The notes below the pieces were generated by a model. The model worked only from the letters and a program-made list of their open reading frames with translations, had not been told where the DNA came from and made no database searches. This document shows positions 25,701 to 38,789 of a stretch of DNA of 60,916 nucleotides, piece after piece. The position numbers were made by a program, and so were the translations under genes. The stretch is from Harriotta raleighana (Eukaryota). Within the stretch, counting starts at the first letter, position 1. Every line of letters begins with the position of its first letter. The stretch lies in NCBI GenBank assembly GCA_050575255.1, contig JBNZDD010013703.1, forward strand, positions 7,203,502 through 7,264,417. The letters run 5' to 3'.

Positions 25701-26839
25701 TTTGCAAATGGTAGAGCCACTGACATAATAAACCTTTGCTGGAGGTAAAAGTTTGACATTAAAGGAAGTTGAAATAATCTTAGAAGTTGTCCCTTGTTCT
25801 GTTTAATGAAGCAATGACCCTCTAGCACTTCGCTTCTAGTTTTAAGATTTGATCAGTGCCCTTGGGATATAAAAACAATCATTATATCCCATCTTATTAA
25901 CAAACAATGGGTGCTCCGGCAAGCAGCAAAACAGCACCTTGCCTCAGGCAGGATGAGTTTTTTCACGTAGACTCACAATCCTTGCTCTCAGTAGGAGAAT
26001 AGAATACCAACAACAGTTCAATTGACTGAGAGGAAAGGAATTGTTTATTCATTTCTACTAAGTATATTAATTTCATACCATGGAAACAGATTATTGTTTT
26101 ATCAAAACATTGCAGCATTGTGATGTATTTGTGCTCTTTGGGAAGCTAATGGACGATCCCCAGTCCTAAAGCTTTGTATACAGTAGTCACTTTGAGAAAT
26201 TCACAAAACATACATGGCAAGGTTGAATAACAGTTATGATATTTGTGATATAGATGGATTATTTTGCATGCATCATTAGTCACTCACAAGTGTTGTGTTT
26301 CCGTGATGAATTTCAGTTTCAATTTTTTTTAAAATTAATTTAATTTAGATTAGTGTTGGCCAAATATATTAGTGAAGATAGTGACAGACAGTTGAATGAA
26401 ATCCATTCATTTGGCAGACTCTGAAATTCTCATAGAAATTTACTGACCAAAAGCAAACACTACTTTTTCCAAACATTGTTTTAGTTGGATGAATGTTGCA
26501 TTAGATTTCCCAAATAAAGAGTGTTAATCAGGACACAATTCTCTTTCAAATAATATTGTGTCACATTACCTTAACATCTATGTACACACACAAATTAACT
26601 AGATATGAATCACATTTATTAATTTTACCATTGTCTGATGTATGGCAAGTTAGTACTCTACACACTTGTGAATAAACAGGAAAACAAATACTGGAAGCAG
26701 TGATCTGCTTCGCTATGTTTCCAAATGCAGATTGAACCCCATCCAACCAATTTCCAAACCTTCATATTACAGTTGAAGTTAAGAGTCAGTTTAAGACAAT
26801 CTGAAACCCAAACCAATCTTCTCACAGAAATGCAAAGTA

Positions 26840-27857
26840 CAGTAAAACCTTGTTTATCCGGCACCCACAGGTATCTGGCCAGTGGCAGTTAAACAAATTT
26901 CTGGTTGAACGATTTTTAAAAAATAATTATTTAAAAATATATATATTTTTAAAAATGTTTGGAATTATTTTAACACACACCATATTAATAATAGACTAAA
27001 TAATAACAGAATATTTTATTAGTACTTCATTATTTATACGTAACTTCGCAACGGCAGCACTGATTCAACCGAAGTAAAACAAAACACAACTTTTAAAAGG
27101 AGCAGCAGCGAGTTTAGACCCGACTAGCGGCCAGCACACATAAACATAGACACACACACACAAAGACAAACAGACACAGACACACACTCTCAAAGATATT
27201 CAGTCTGAATCCATCATATAAATTCTGTCCACAACTCTGACCACACCTCCTCCCTTTCCTCTCTTTCTCCTTCCCCCTCTCTCTCTCTGCATCAACCTGC
27301 CTGCATCTCTCTCTCTCTCTCGCTCAAGCGCTCTGAGTTGCTGTTCGGCGTGGAGGGCGCTTTATAAATTGAAGTTGTTATTGTTGTTATGCTTTCCCCC
27401 CTCTCTCTCCCTCTCTCTCTTTCCCCCATCTCTCTATTCCCTTCCCCCCCTCTCTCCCTCCCTCTCTCCCTTTCTTCCATCTCTCCATTGCCCCCCTTCC
27501 TCTCTCTCTTCTCACTTTCCTCCATTCTCTCCATTCCCCCTCTCCCTCTCCTTCTCTCTCTCTCCCTTTCCTCCATCTCGCCATTCCCCCCTCCCTCCCC
27601 CCCTCTCTCTGGCCGCTACCTACACCAGTATTAGTACTTTATTATATAAACTTAACTTCACAACGGCAGCAGTCATCCGAAGGAGGTAAAAAAAAACGCA
27701 ACTTATAAAAGGAACAGGAATGAGTTTAGACCCGACATTAAATGGGTCATCACTATTCGCTGGATAGCTTCTGGTTAATCGAATCGGGACTTTTTTTGAG
27801 ATGGAGGTTGAACGGGTTTTCCGGTTCATCGAGTCACGGATAAACGAGATTTTACTG
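26840..27857. mobile_element. Non-autonomous Tc1/mariner pogo/Tigger-like DNA transposon
   Basis: TIR CAGTAAAACCTTGTTTATCCG vs CAGTAAAATCTCGTTTATCCG (19/21); TA TSD at 26838-26839 and 27858-27859. Confidence 0.88.
27245..27610. repeat. CT-rich low-complexity tract with embedded L2-type 3' tail
   Basis: (CT)n/(CCT)n runs; aagcgctctgag...gggcgctttataaattgaagttgttatt at about 27325-27390. Confidence 0.85.
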
Positions 27858-28329
27858 TATAAATGACACAAACATTTCTCTATTTCACTGCAACACTGTG
27901 CTTAAAGGTCACATTTTCCTTTTAAATTGTGTAAGCCAAACTAATTGGAGCATCCAACTTTCATCTCAAAAGTTATGTGACGGACTTTACTTCAGTACTT
28001 TCTGCTTACCTGTCTGTCTTTGAGGCAGTGTTTAACCTCAAGTCATTTCTGAATCATATCTGAGTCAAATTGTGTTAACTCATGCCCATCCAATTATACC
28101 TGATTTTGTTCAGTTCATACTTCATACACCTCTTCTCAGTTCATAATGTATCTGCAGGAAAATCTTCAAAGTGCTACTCAGACTATTGATGACTCGTGCA
28201 TCAATTTGCTATCATATAGAAATCCAGACGTTGGGTCTCTGGTCATCAGTTCATTTATCATTTTATCAACCTGTATGATGAATGCCTCTGATTGTCTGCT
28301 GATAGTTTCATTTAATGATCTTCAACATT

Positions 28330-28530
28330 TGAGAATTTAATAGAATAAATAATCCAATATTGGTGTACACAGTAACACAGGCTTTCCTGGGCATATCCAT
28401 TGTTAGATTTCTGGTTTCTCAATGATCTTTGGAAATGCAGACATAATCCTCTAAGCCCTATCTTTCAACAGGATAAGTATTGTGCAATGTATAGTTATCC
28501 ATACTTTCCTAGGAGAAAGTATTGTATATA
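28330..28530 (-). pseudogene. Possible decayed Harbinger transposase C-terminal fragment
   Basis: YFLLGKYG (cf. LLGD.GY), VER*GL, MD.PRKAC motifs in order; weak. Confidence 0.3.
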
Positions 28531-28654
28531 TAATGCTCCTTTAACTCCAAAACCCCAATACAAATATGTTACAGAATAATAATCTATTTAATTCATCTTC
28601 ACATCTCTATTCTTCAACACTAACATCCCTCTTTTCACAAATAATAAAATGTAT

Positions 28655-28955
28655 TATAATAATCCTTGCATTTGATGTAGCACTTTTCATGCCTTCTAGA
28701 TATCTCAAAGTGCTTCACAGAATGTACTGTAAAGTGAATTGACTATAATTGCGAAACACGTCAGCCAGTTGCGCACAGGAGTGTCCCACAAACAGTCGCG
28801 GATTGAAATGTCCAATTTATTATTGTTTGTTTTTGAGGGATTATTATTAGGTTTGTGGAGTAAGGAAACTTGCCCATGTTTTCGCCCTGCCTGGAATCGA
28901 ACACAGGTTTCACGCTTGTAAGGCGAGTGCTCTAACCACTGAGCCACAGGACTCC
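28655..28955 (-). mobile_element. tRNA-derived SINE, full length
   Basis: Reverse complement of ggagtcctgtggctcagtggttagagcactcgccttacaagcg...gttcgattcc, body and tail. Confidence 0.92.
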
Positions 28956-30234
28956 AAATAATACATCCTGAAGGATTTGTTCATTTCAATCTTCACCTAC
29001 ACATTTTTTCAAGATGTTAATTGATGTTGTATGCCATATTTAATTTCAGAATAATGTCTTTATTCTATCTCCTTTCTGCTACTAATAATAATAATCCTAG
29101 AATATGATACAGCATCTTATCACATCATTGAGAAGCCTTAATTTGCTTCAAGAGACATACTATAAAATAATGTGACTCTATTTTGTGGACACTTCCATTA
29201 ATGCATCACACCCCCAGCACTGCATTGGAATTTCAGAGAGCAGTGCACTGTACAGGTTCCAAGTCCCGACATGTTGCTTGTTCCCACAATCTTCTGACTC
29301 TGGCTGTGATTCTCTGGCTACTGTACAGTCCAGCTAAGAGGTTTCAGTTCCAATGGACAATAAAATGCTTCCCAACAGACTTGGGAAAGTGCTAGGACAG
29401 AGTGAAACTTGTGACCTGCAATTCAGAAGCAGAGCATCCAATTGCGTACATTTGATACATTCCAAGTACCAGCAGCCCCAGAGTACTCCACAGCCACTTG
29501 TATTTGAACCAGCTTTGAAGTGTCCAACAAGAAAGATGTGACATTGACTCAAGTGATTCTGTACCTGCAACTTTAAAAAATGGCCTCTTTATCTGTCTTT
29601 ACAATTTTGAACTTAAAGAAAATAATTGCCATCCATTTCTATGGCCTCAAATGAATCACTCACTGTATTAATGACTTTACTGGAGAGATAAGACCCATTG
29701 TTAACCATATTCCACTTTAATGTGAAGAAATAGGTGGTGCAATATTGATGTGTTTGTAATGGGTTCTCTGTGAGTAACATCTAATGGGAAGGGATGCATG
29801 GTATTTTTTGTTAATGGGGAAACTACAACCAAATGCTGAAATGCATTGTAAAACAGTAAAGATTAGTGCTCAAATTCAACCATGTAAAATAAACAATGGA
29901 ACCAATAGAGAATTGCTGAAAATCAATAGTAGGTCAAGTGGCATCTGAAGAGAAAGCTTGGTTAATGTTCAAACATAGGCGTCCATCATAACTGAAATGC
30001 TGGGCTGAAAGCATCACCGTACATTTTAAAGAGAGGAAGGTCAACACTATGGAGCAGAAATATTGCCTACATCAAGGGCATTAACAAAAGGCAAACTAGT
30101 GCAGATGCTGGAAATCTAACATAAAAGCACAAGCCACTGGGTACACTCAGCAGATCAGCCAGCAGCATCTATGGAGAGAGAACAAGTGAGTTAACAGTTC
30201 AGGTCAATGACCTTTCATCAAAACCGGGGGATGT

Positions 30235-31765
30235 CAGGTCTTAAAACTAATAAATCCCCTGGACCTGATGGCCTGCATCCCAGAGTTTTAAAGGAGCTGA
30301 GATAGTGGATGGCTTGTCTATGATCTTCTGAAATTTTCTGGAAAAGTCTGCATTGATTGGAAGATTGCAAACGTAATTCCACTATTTAAGAAGGGTAGGA
30401 GAAAAAATATGGGGAACTATAGACCAGTTAGTCTGACATCAATAGTAGGGAAAATTCATGAGCCCATAAGTAAAGACGTTGTTATGGGATACCTGGAAAA
30501 CCATAAAAAGATTAGGCAGAGTCAACATGGCTTTACAAAAGCGAAGTCATGCTTGACTAATCTTTTAGTTTTTTGAAGATGTATTTAGCAGGTTGAATAG
30601 GGAGGAACCAATAGATGTGGTATATTTAGATTTTAAGAAGGCATTTGATGAAGTGCCACACAAAAGGCTGTTACACAAGGTTAAGGCCCACAGGATTAAT
30701 GGGATAGAAGAGTGGCTTACAGGTAGAAAACAGAGAGTAGGGATAAACAGGTCATTATTGAATTTGTAGGATGTAACTAGTGGAGTACCTCAGCTATTTA
30801 CAATTTACATCAACGATCTAGACGAGGACATTGAATGTAACGTGTCTAAATTTGCGGATGACATTAAACTAAGTAGGAGAGTGAGCGCTGAGGATGAAGC
30901 AAAAAGATTGCAACAAGATATAGATAGGCTAGGGGAGTGGGCAAGTAGGTGGCAGATGGAATTTAATATAGGGAAGTGTGAAATTATTCACCTAGGTAGC
31001 AAAAATTAAAAAATATATATTTTCTAGAGGGGGAGAGGTTAGATAGTGTTAATATTCAATGGGATTTGGGTGTCCTTGTACACCAGTCACAAAAAGTTAG
31101 TTTACAGATGCAGCAAGCAACTAAAAAGGTGAACGGCATGCTAACATTCATTGCAAACGATTTAGAGTACAAGAGTAGGGAAGTCTTGATACAACTGTAT
31201 AGGGCTTTGGTGAGACCGCACCTAAAGTATTGTGTGCAGTTTTGGTCTCATTTGAAAAAGGACATAGTTGACTTACAGGGGGTGGAGTGAAGATTCACTA
31301 GGTTAGTTCCTGGGATAAGGGGACTGACTTATGAAGATAGGTTGAATAAACTAGGGCTGTATTCTCTAGAGTTCAGAAGAATTAGAGGGATCTTATTGAA
31401 ACATATAAGATTCTTAAATAAAGTAGACAATGAGGGACTGTTTCCCCTGGTAGGAGAATCTATAACCAGGGGTCACAGTCTTAAAATGAAGGGTCAACCT
31501 TTTAGAACAGAGTTGAGGAAACATTTCTTCACTCAGAGGCTGGTGAATTTATGGAATGCACTACCCCAGAAAGCTGTAGATGCTCAGTCCTTGAACATTT
31601 TCAAGGCTGAGTTTGATACATTTTTTAAAAATAGAGGGATTAGGGGATATGGGCATAGGGCAGGTAATTATAGTTAGGTCAGAAGATCAGCCATGATCTT
31701 ATTGAATGGCAGGGCAGGCTCGAGGGGCCGAATGGTCTACTTTTGCTTCTAATTCTTATGTTGTT
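30235..31765 (+). mobile_element. CR1 LINE, 5'-truncated, RT domain to 3' tail
   Basis: KSPGPDGLHPRVLKE, QHGF, YLDFKKAFD.VPH, KFADD, LYRALVRPHL, FFTQRLVNLWNALP; ttcttatg tail; ATGT on both sides. Confidence 0.95.
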
Positions 31766-32584
31766 ATGTTGGAAGGGAGCACTATATAAGGACAAACAGA
31801 GGAGGGGACAGGGAAAGAAAGACAAAGGAACAAAATCTAGAATATGTGTGAATGGCTATAGAAGCGGGGGATAGGGGGAAGCCAGCCTATAAGCTGTGTT
31901 TAAGGTCTGAAGTAGTTAAATTCAATGCTGTGAAGGTGCCTAGGAAGTAGATGAGGTGCTGCTCCACGAGCTAGTGTTGTGCTTTGTTGGACCAGTGTAG
32001 GAAGCCATGAACAGAGAGGTGACAATTGAAGTGGGAGAATTAAAATGGCAAGTGAACAGAAGCTCAGGCTTGCACTTGCGGATGGAATGGAGTAGAGGAG
32101 ACAGGATTATGAGCAAAGAATATGGTATACCAAGTTAGTGGCAGTGCATATAAATTGCAGGGAGTCAAAGAGGGAGCAGTCCCTATGGTATGCTCCCTCC
32201 GTTGCTCGCTCCGTAACTCCCTGGTCCACACCTCCACCACCACAAGCAGCTGCTCTCTTTCCTCCAGCTGCTAGGTGAGACATCTTCTCTCAGAGTTGCC
32301 TTCCACCCGCTTCTATGACCATTCAAACATGCTCTGCTTCTCAGACACGTTTTCTTTTTATAATCTCCCACAATTGCTTTTTTTTGTCTTGCATCATCAA
32401 CACCTCTGATCTCATCGTCTACTGTCCACCATCTATTTTTTCCTTTCTCTTTCTTTCCCTGTCCCATTCTGTTTGTCCTTAAAAACTGCTCCCTTCCAAC
32501 ATGCCCCAGTTCTGTTGTTATTAGCCATAGATCTAATCATTCACCCAAAACATTAACTCACTTTCCTCTCTTCACAGATAATAT

Positions 32585-32902
32585 AATAAATATAATCCTT
32601 GTATTTGATATAGCGCTTTTCACATTTAATCGACGTCTCAAAGCGCTTCACAGAATATATTGTAAAGTGAATTGACTATATTTGTGGGAGAAAAGCGGCA
32701 GCAAATTGCGCACAGCAGTGTCCCCACAAACAGTCGTGGTTTGAAATGATCAATTTTTATATTGTGGGTTTTTTGGACAGATTATTATTAGGCGTGTAGA
32801 GTAAGGAAACTTGCCCAAGATTTCGTTCTGATGTGCCTGGATTTGAACACAGGTCTTACGCTTGTAAGGCGAGTGCTCTAACCACTGAGCTACAGGAGCT
32901 CC
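32585..32902 (-). mobile_element. tRNA-derived SINE, with a second 3' fragment at 32917-33018
   Basis: Full head, body and tail on minus strand. Confidence 0.9.
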
Positions 32903-35279
32903 ACGATGGTAAGATAGTAATAATAATAATAATAGTTGCATTTGATATAGTGCTTTTCACATCTTCTAGATGTCTGAAAGCGCTTCACAGAATATATGGT
33001 AAAGTGAATTGACTGTATTTCTGTTGCTAACCTGCTGAGTGTACAGACTTCCCACAGACTTCCGTTTTTTATTTCAGTGTCATTAACAGACTGCTGAATT
33101 GCTGTTAAACAAAGACAGGAAAGGACATAGAAGCAGGAACCAGTAGGATGATATGTGAAGCATCAATAATATATAAAGCAATAAAGGATAGAGCAGAGAA
33201 ACAAACTGTAGGAAAAAGCATAGATAAGAACGTTATGATTTAAACTTGTTATGTCAATGTTCAGGCTGTTAGTCTGAGGAATTGAAACTGAAGGCACAGC
33301 AATAGCCAGGGAATTAATTATGTTTCTTGGCTAAACCACTTTGAAAAAATGTTGGCTAAAGCTCAGAGAAGAGGGCTTGGGGTGGGTTGTTATAGGACTT
33401 TGGTGATTTTAAATTTTGAGGAGAAGTTTGCAGGTTTAAACATGTTTTCACTGGAGAATAGTGATTGAGAGATGATACGATCCACATCTTTAGAACTGAC
33501 AGTGAATGCGGAGTCCAGAAAATATCTTTTATGTATTCCCATTAAAAAAAATTGATTAGTAGATGGTAGTACACTATGGGCTTGGTGAGCCTAACAGCCA
33601 TCACCTGTTCCTAAATTCCAATGTACAGTATTCTTAAATTGGCCTGTATTTATACTCCACATAAGTCTCCACCCACTCCTTACTCCCTCCCATACTCATT
33701 TATTCCCTTCTCCCTCAAGGGTGTATCTAACTTCCTCTTAAATGCAGCTTTATTATCTACTTCAACCATTGCCTTGGACAAGTGAATTCCACATCCTCAC
33801 TACTACCCCTTGCACCTAAGATCATTTTACCCCTTGACCCAGCCATTGGTAAGTACTCTAAGATGATACTCCTTGTGAATGATTGCTATATAAATGCAAG
33901 TTGTTGTTATCAGCCATAGATCCAATGGCAGATAATTCTTGTCAGCCTAATTGTTTACTCCATCTTTTGTCTTTAACCATTGCTTCCTAATGACTGTCAA
34001 TTGAATTTAGGTACACTCCTTCCTGCATGAACCCAATGGTATTGGGCATGGATAGCTAATAAACTGGAGGAACATACCAAGCGAGATGATGCACAGAAGA
34101 TGACAGCATAGATCAGGACAAGCTCCCATTTGCAGCTGCAATGTCAACACCTTGATATATTTCCAATGATATACCTTCACTGGTGGTGATCTGGTTATAC
34201 CCAATAAACTCTCCATCTGAAGCTAGGAGCACCTTTACCAATTGTACTTAACATACAAACACATGTATATGTTGCTTTATTCTGAATATAAAATTCATGC
34301 TTTGAACCATTTGTATTCTGCATATGCCTGTAAACGTGCTGAGGAATATTACATTTCATTATTACAATAAAAGAATAATCCTTTTTTGTTGTCCCAATAA
34401 TTTGAAAATACCATTCTAAATCGTCGGTGACTTTCTACCAAATTATATTCATATAACACTTGTCTGCAGAGGTTAGAAGACAAGCTGTCAGTCCTGGAAA
34501 ACGCTATGGATTCATGCTTATTTTCTAAGACATGAAAATTAATCTACATTCACAAGGGACATGTGACAAGGTTCAGCAGCATATGTTTCACAACATGAGC
34601 TTACTATACTTGACCTTTGGCAGGTCGACAGTTCTGCTAAAAGGGTTATCTTGAACATAGACACTAATCTAATGCTGCTTTAACATTATGTCCCTTACAT
34701 GCTGTGCTATGTATTGCTATGAATAACCCTTAAATCTGCTTGTAAAATGCATTGTATTTTTGGGGATATGATATTGAAATTATATTTAGATTTTTGGAGA
34801 AAGGCAGTTCATAATCTGAATGCAGTTTGAAAATTTGAGATAACCTAATTCAGGGCAAGTTTGTAACATTCCCAGTACATCACGAGAGTAGTCTAGCCAC
34901 AACTATACTGTCGCTGGCAAAGTGGAACAGTGCTTTACCAGGTAACAAATTTGATCTTACAGCACAATGGGCTTATAATGAGCGATATTCACTACTGTTT
35001 TGAGAAAATATCTCTCCGCAGCGCAAAAGGAGTTCTCGCCTTTACTTGAATGTATTTTAATGATGTTTTATAAATTCAAATGCTACATTGTTAACCGCTG
35101 GATTTCAAAACAAGGATGAGAATAGGTACCGGTATTCAAATAGTTTCACACATACTTGAGGGAGAAGGAATTAGGAGAAGTAGAGGTTTATATGGAGTAT
35201 AATTATTGGCACAGATGAGTTGGGTCGAATTGGCTATTTCTGTGATGTGATGAGAGCTAAACTTTCTCCAGTTAAATGA

Positions 35280-37745
35280 CCGAAGCCTCCTGTCAACTCC
35301 TGAATGACTTGGGCGCTGACAGCATCACCCTTCATGGATGCATCCCACTGAGTCAATACAGAATTTTTTAAACCCTCAACTGTCCTTCATAGACCATATG
35401 TGTGCCAGGCTCCGGGACCCTGTCACTCTCATCATCGCACAAAACTGACCACCTGCTTCATCAACCCCTTTCCTTACCTCCCAGCTCAACCTCCTTGTCC
35501 CCCTACTCACAGACATCATACAACAACAACAACAAAATTACACTTGTATAGTGCCTTTCACGTCGGGAGGACATCCTAAAGCTCTGCATAAAACTTTCAA
35601 CTTTCAACTACTGCCAAGGACAGAACCATGAAGGTTGAGGTGAGAGGAGTGGTGGTTAAAAATGGCCGTCATCATCACTATACTTACTAAGTCCTCCCTG
35701 GACCCACCCTGCTCTTAAATGACATCCCCCACCTCCAACTTCCCTTTCCTTTCCAATTACAACCCCATCTCCAGCCTTCCTTTCCTTTCCAAGGTCCTGG
35801 AATGAGTCATTGCTTCCCAGCTTCATTTATTTCTCTTCTGCCACTCAGTCATGAACTCCTCCAACTAGGTTTCCCTGCTGCCCACAGCATAGAAACAGCG
35901 TTGGTCAAAGTGACAACTGACCAGGGCTCCCTCTGCCTCCTTGTCCTCTTTGATGAAACTTTGTACAAGTTTCCTTACTCTACACTCCTAATAAAATGCC
36001 AGGATATATAAGAACATAAGAACATAAGAATTAGGAACAGGAGTAGGCCATTCGGCCCTTTGAGCCTGCCCCTGATATTATTATCTCTCTGCTGCCTTCG
36101 ATACCATTGACCACTATCCTCTTCCACCACCACTCCTCTCACCTCAACCTTCATGGTTCTGGCCTTGAATGACTCAGAATCTGCCTCTTACACCTTCTCC
36201 ACTTCATTCCCTCAAACGGCTTCTTCTCCAGCTCCCACACAGTCGCATTTGGTGTTCCTTGGAGCTCTGTCCTCAGTCCCTTCCTCTTAAATATCTATAT
36301 GCTCCCTCTTGGTGGCTTCATTGGTAGACATAGGGTGAACTTCTACATGTACGCGGTTGACACCTAAGTCTATATTTCCGCCTCCACCCTTAAATCCAGG
36401 ACCACTGCTGTCCTGAATAGAATGTTTGGCAGATATCAAATGCTAGATAAGAGCTAATTTTCTATATTTGAACATTAACTAGACCAGTGCCCTCCTAATT
36501 AGCTCCCCTCAATACCTCTACACCTCAGGCACTGATACCATCATATCATCACCATCCAGGGATGCACACTCCATTTCACTGAGCCAGTCCGAAAATTTTG
36601 AGTCTTTTTGATCTTCAACTGTTCTTTCTACTCCACATCTATGCCATGACTTGCTTTGCCTTCCCCACCTCTGCAACATCACCCGATTCTGTCTCTGTCT
36701 CATCCCCTTCAGGCCATGAGACCTTCATCCACGCATTTATCACATCTAGGCTTGACTATGCTAACTCCATGCTTGTCAACCTCCCTACCTATTATCTCCA
36801 CAAGCTGCAGATCATCCAGAACTCAGCAACTCATGTCCTCTACTACACCACGCTTCAATCCTACGCTTGCCTGACTCTACTGGCTCCCCATCCCCGAGAG
36901 GATAGAGTTCAAAATCCTCATTCTTGCCTTCAAGGCGCTCCATGGCCTTGCTCCATCCTACCTCTGTGACCACTGACCTCATATCATATATGTTGAAGTT
37001 TAATGTGGATCAATTCGAAGTGATGCATTTCGGAAGGAAGAATGAGGAGAGGCAGTATAAGCTGGAATCAAATAACTAAATCTTGAAGATGGCTGGACAG
37101 GTGGATAAAGCCGTGAAAAAAAAGTATACAGGATACTAGGCTTTATAAATAGGGGCATAGAATACAAAAGTCAACAAGTTATGATAAATATTTACAAATT
37201 CACTGATCAGGTCTCAACTGGAGTATTGTGTTCAGTTTTGGGCACCACACTTTAGGAAGGATGTCAAAGCATTGGAGAGGGTGTGAAAGAGATTTACCAG
37301 GATAGTACTATACCAGGAATGAGGGAGTTCAGTCATGACTAGAGGCTAAATAAGCTATGATTATTCTCCTTGGAGCAGAAAGGTTAAGAGGAGACTTGAT
37401 AGATATTTTCCAAATTCAAAGTGGTTTTGAAAGGGTGAACATGTATTTCAATTGACGATGGGTCGATAACCTGAGTACACCAATTTAAAATAGTTGTTGA
37501 AAGAAACAGAGAGGAGGTCAGGAGAAATATTTTCACATAGTAAGGTGTTCAGATATAAAATACATTGCCTAAAAGGGTGTTGGAAGCAGATTCGATAACA
37601 CCTTTTAAGAGAGAAATGGATAGTTATTTGGAGTGGACAGGTTTGCAGGGTTATGGAGAGTGAGCAGGCGAGTGAAAAGGCCTTCAGCTTTTCTGCCCCA
37701 TCCTTTGGAACTCCATAATCAAATTCCCTTCACCTTGCTTCATGG
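35280..37745 (+). mobile_element. Long decayed L2 ORF2 with nested L2 tail, SINE fragment and CR1 pieces
   Basis: HSIETALVKV, AAFDTIDH, GVP..SVL.P.L..IYM, MYA.D, ETFIHAFITSRLDYANS; CR1 3' part at about 36990-37675. Confidence 0.85.
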
Positions 37746-38252
37746 GCAACTCTTCCATATTAAGTAAAATAGCCCCCATGAATATAACACAGGAATGTAA
37801 TATTATTCTCAGCAACACTTATTTTACCCCATTTGTGATTTACAGGCTTATAACATTTGACCACACTTAAAGTACAAATGTAAAATCAATTTTGTGCAGC
37901 ACCATTTATCTCAGCAGTGGTGTTAACCTGCTCTTTAATAGAAAGACATGGGCTGGAGGAAGGCTATTTGTACATCAAAGTGACATTTGAAAGACTTAAA
38001 CCAAATGGTCTGAAGATTCAACATGTAACCTTTAGGGATATTTCAGCTCTGCAAAACACTATGCCATAGTTGAATACTTTTAACTGCTTGAATACCAAAG
38101 GACAGTTTCTAAGGGAGCTAAGAGTGCATCAATCTATTAATTAACAATAGAAACAGAATTAACCATGCATCTGAATATGTAGCTATACATACTTGTATAA
38201 GTAGAAATTTATACCTGTATAAATATTAATATAAATAAGTTTTATATTGTAT

Positions 38253-38789
38253 TGTTCTCTCTCCATAGGCTGCAGATAATCCAGAACTCTGCGGCCCGTG
38301 TCCTCTACCACTCCAAGCTTTGTGAATTCATCTCCCCCATTCTCGCCAGACACCATTGGCTCCCCATCACCCAGAGGATTCAATTCAAGATCCTGGTTCT
38401 CATATTCAAAGCCCTCCATGACTTCACCCCAACCTACTTCTGTGACCTCCTAATCCCTACTAACCTGCCCACCCTCTCCACCCAGCAGCCCCGACCTGCT
38501 CCAAGTCCCCCAACCCACCCGCCCCACCATTGGCCAGTGAGCCTTTATCCACTCTGCCCCTAACCTCTGGAACCCCATCCAGCAGTCCCTCCACCTTGCC
38601 CTCTCCCTAGCCTTCTTCAAGACTCGCCTCAAGACCCTCTTCTTTGATAGTATCATCAGTCACCCCAAATCCGCCCCTTTCCCTCCAACGTCCCCGACAC
38701 CAGCTCAGATCTGAAACAATGACTTTCTAGCACCTTGGGATGTTCTTCTGATGTGAAAGGTGATACACAAGTAATTTGGTTGTTGTTTT
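38253..38789 (+). mobile_element. L2 3' end
   Basis: LHRLQIIQNSAARVL...HWLPITQRIQFKIL, 3' UTR and tail. Confidence 0.9.

Larger units (their letters stand above)
30095..33078. mobile_element. Penelope-like element with inverted arms, interrupted by CR1 and SINEs
   Basis: GIY-YIG-region C-terminus on minus at about 31905-32095 (HFNSP...EQHLIY.LG...IEFN.FR); left arm 30095-30234 plus 31770-31835 is an inverted repeat of 32435-32580 plus 33025-33078. Confidence 0.75.

Noticed and set aside
27292-27689. Glu/Arg-rich and Pro/Ser-rich ORFs
   Set aside because: Translations of CT/GA low-complexity sequence.
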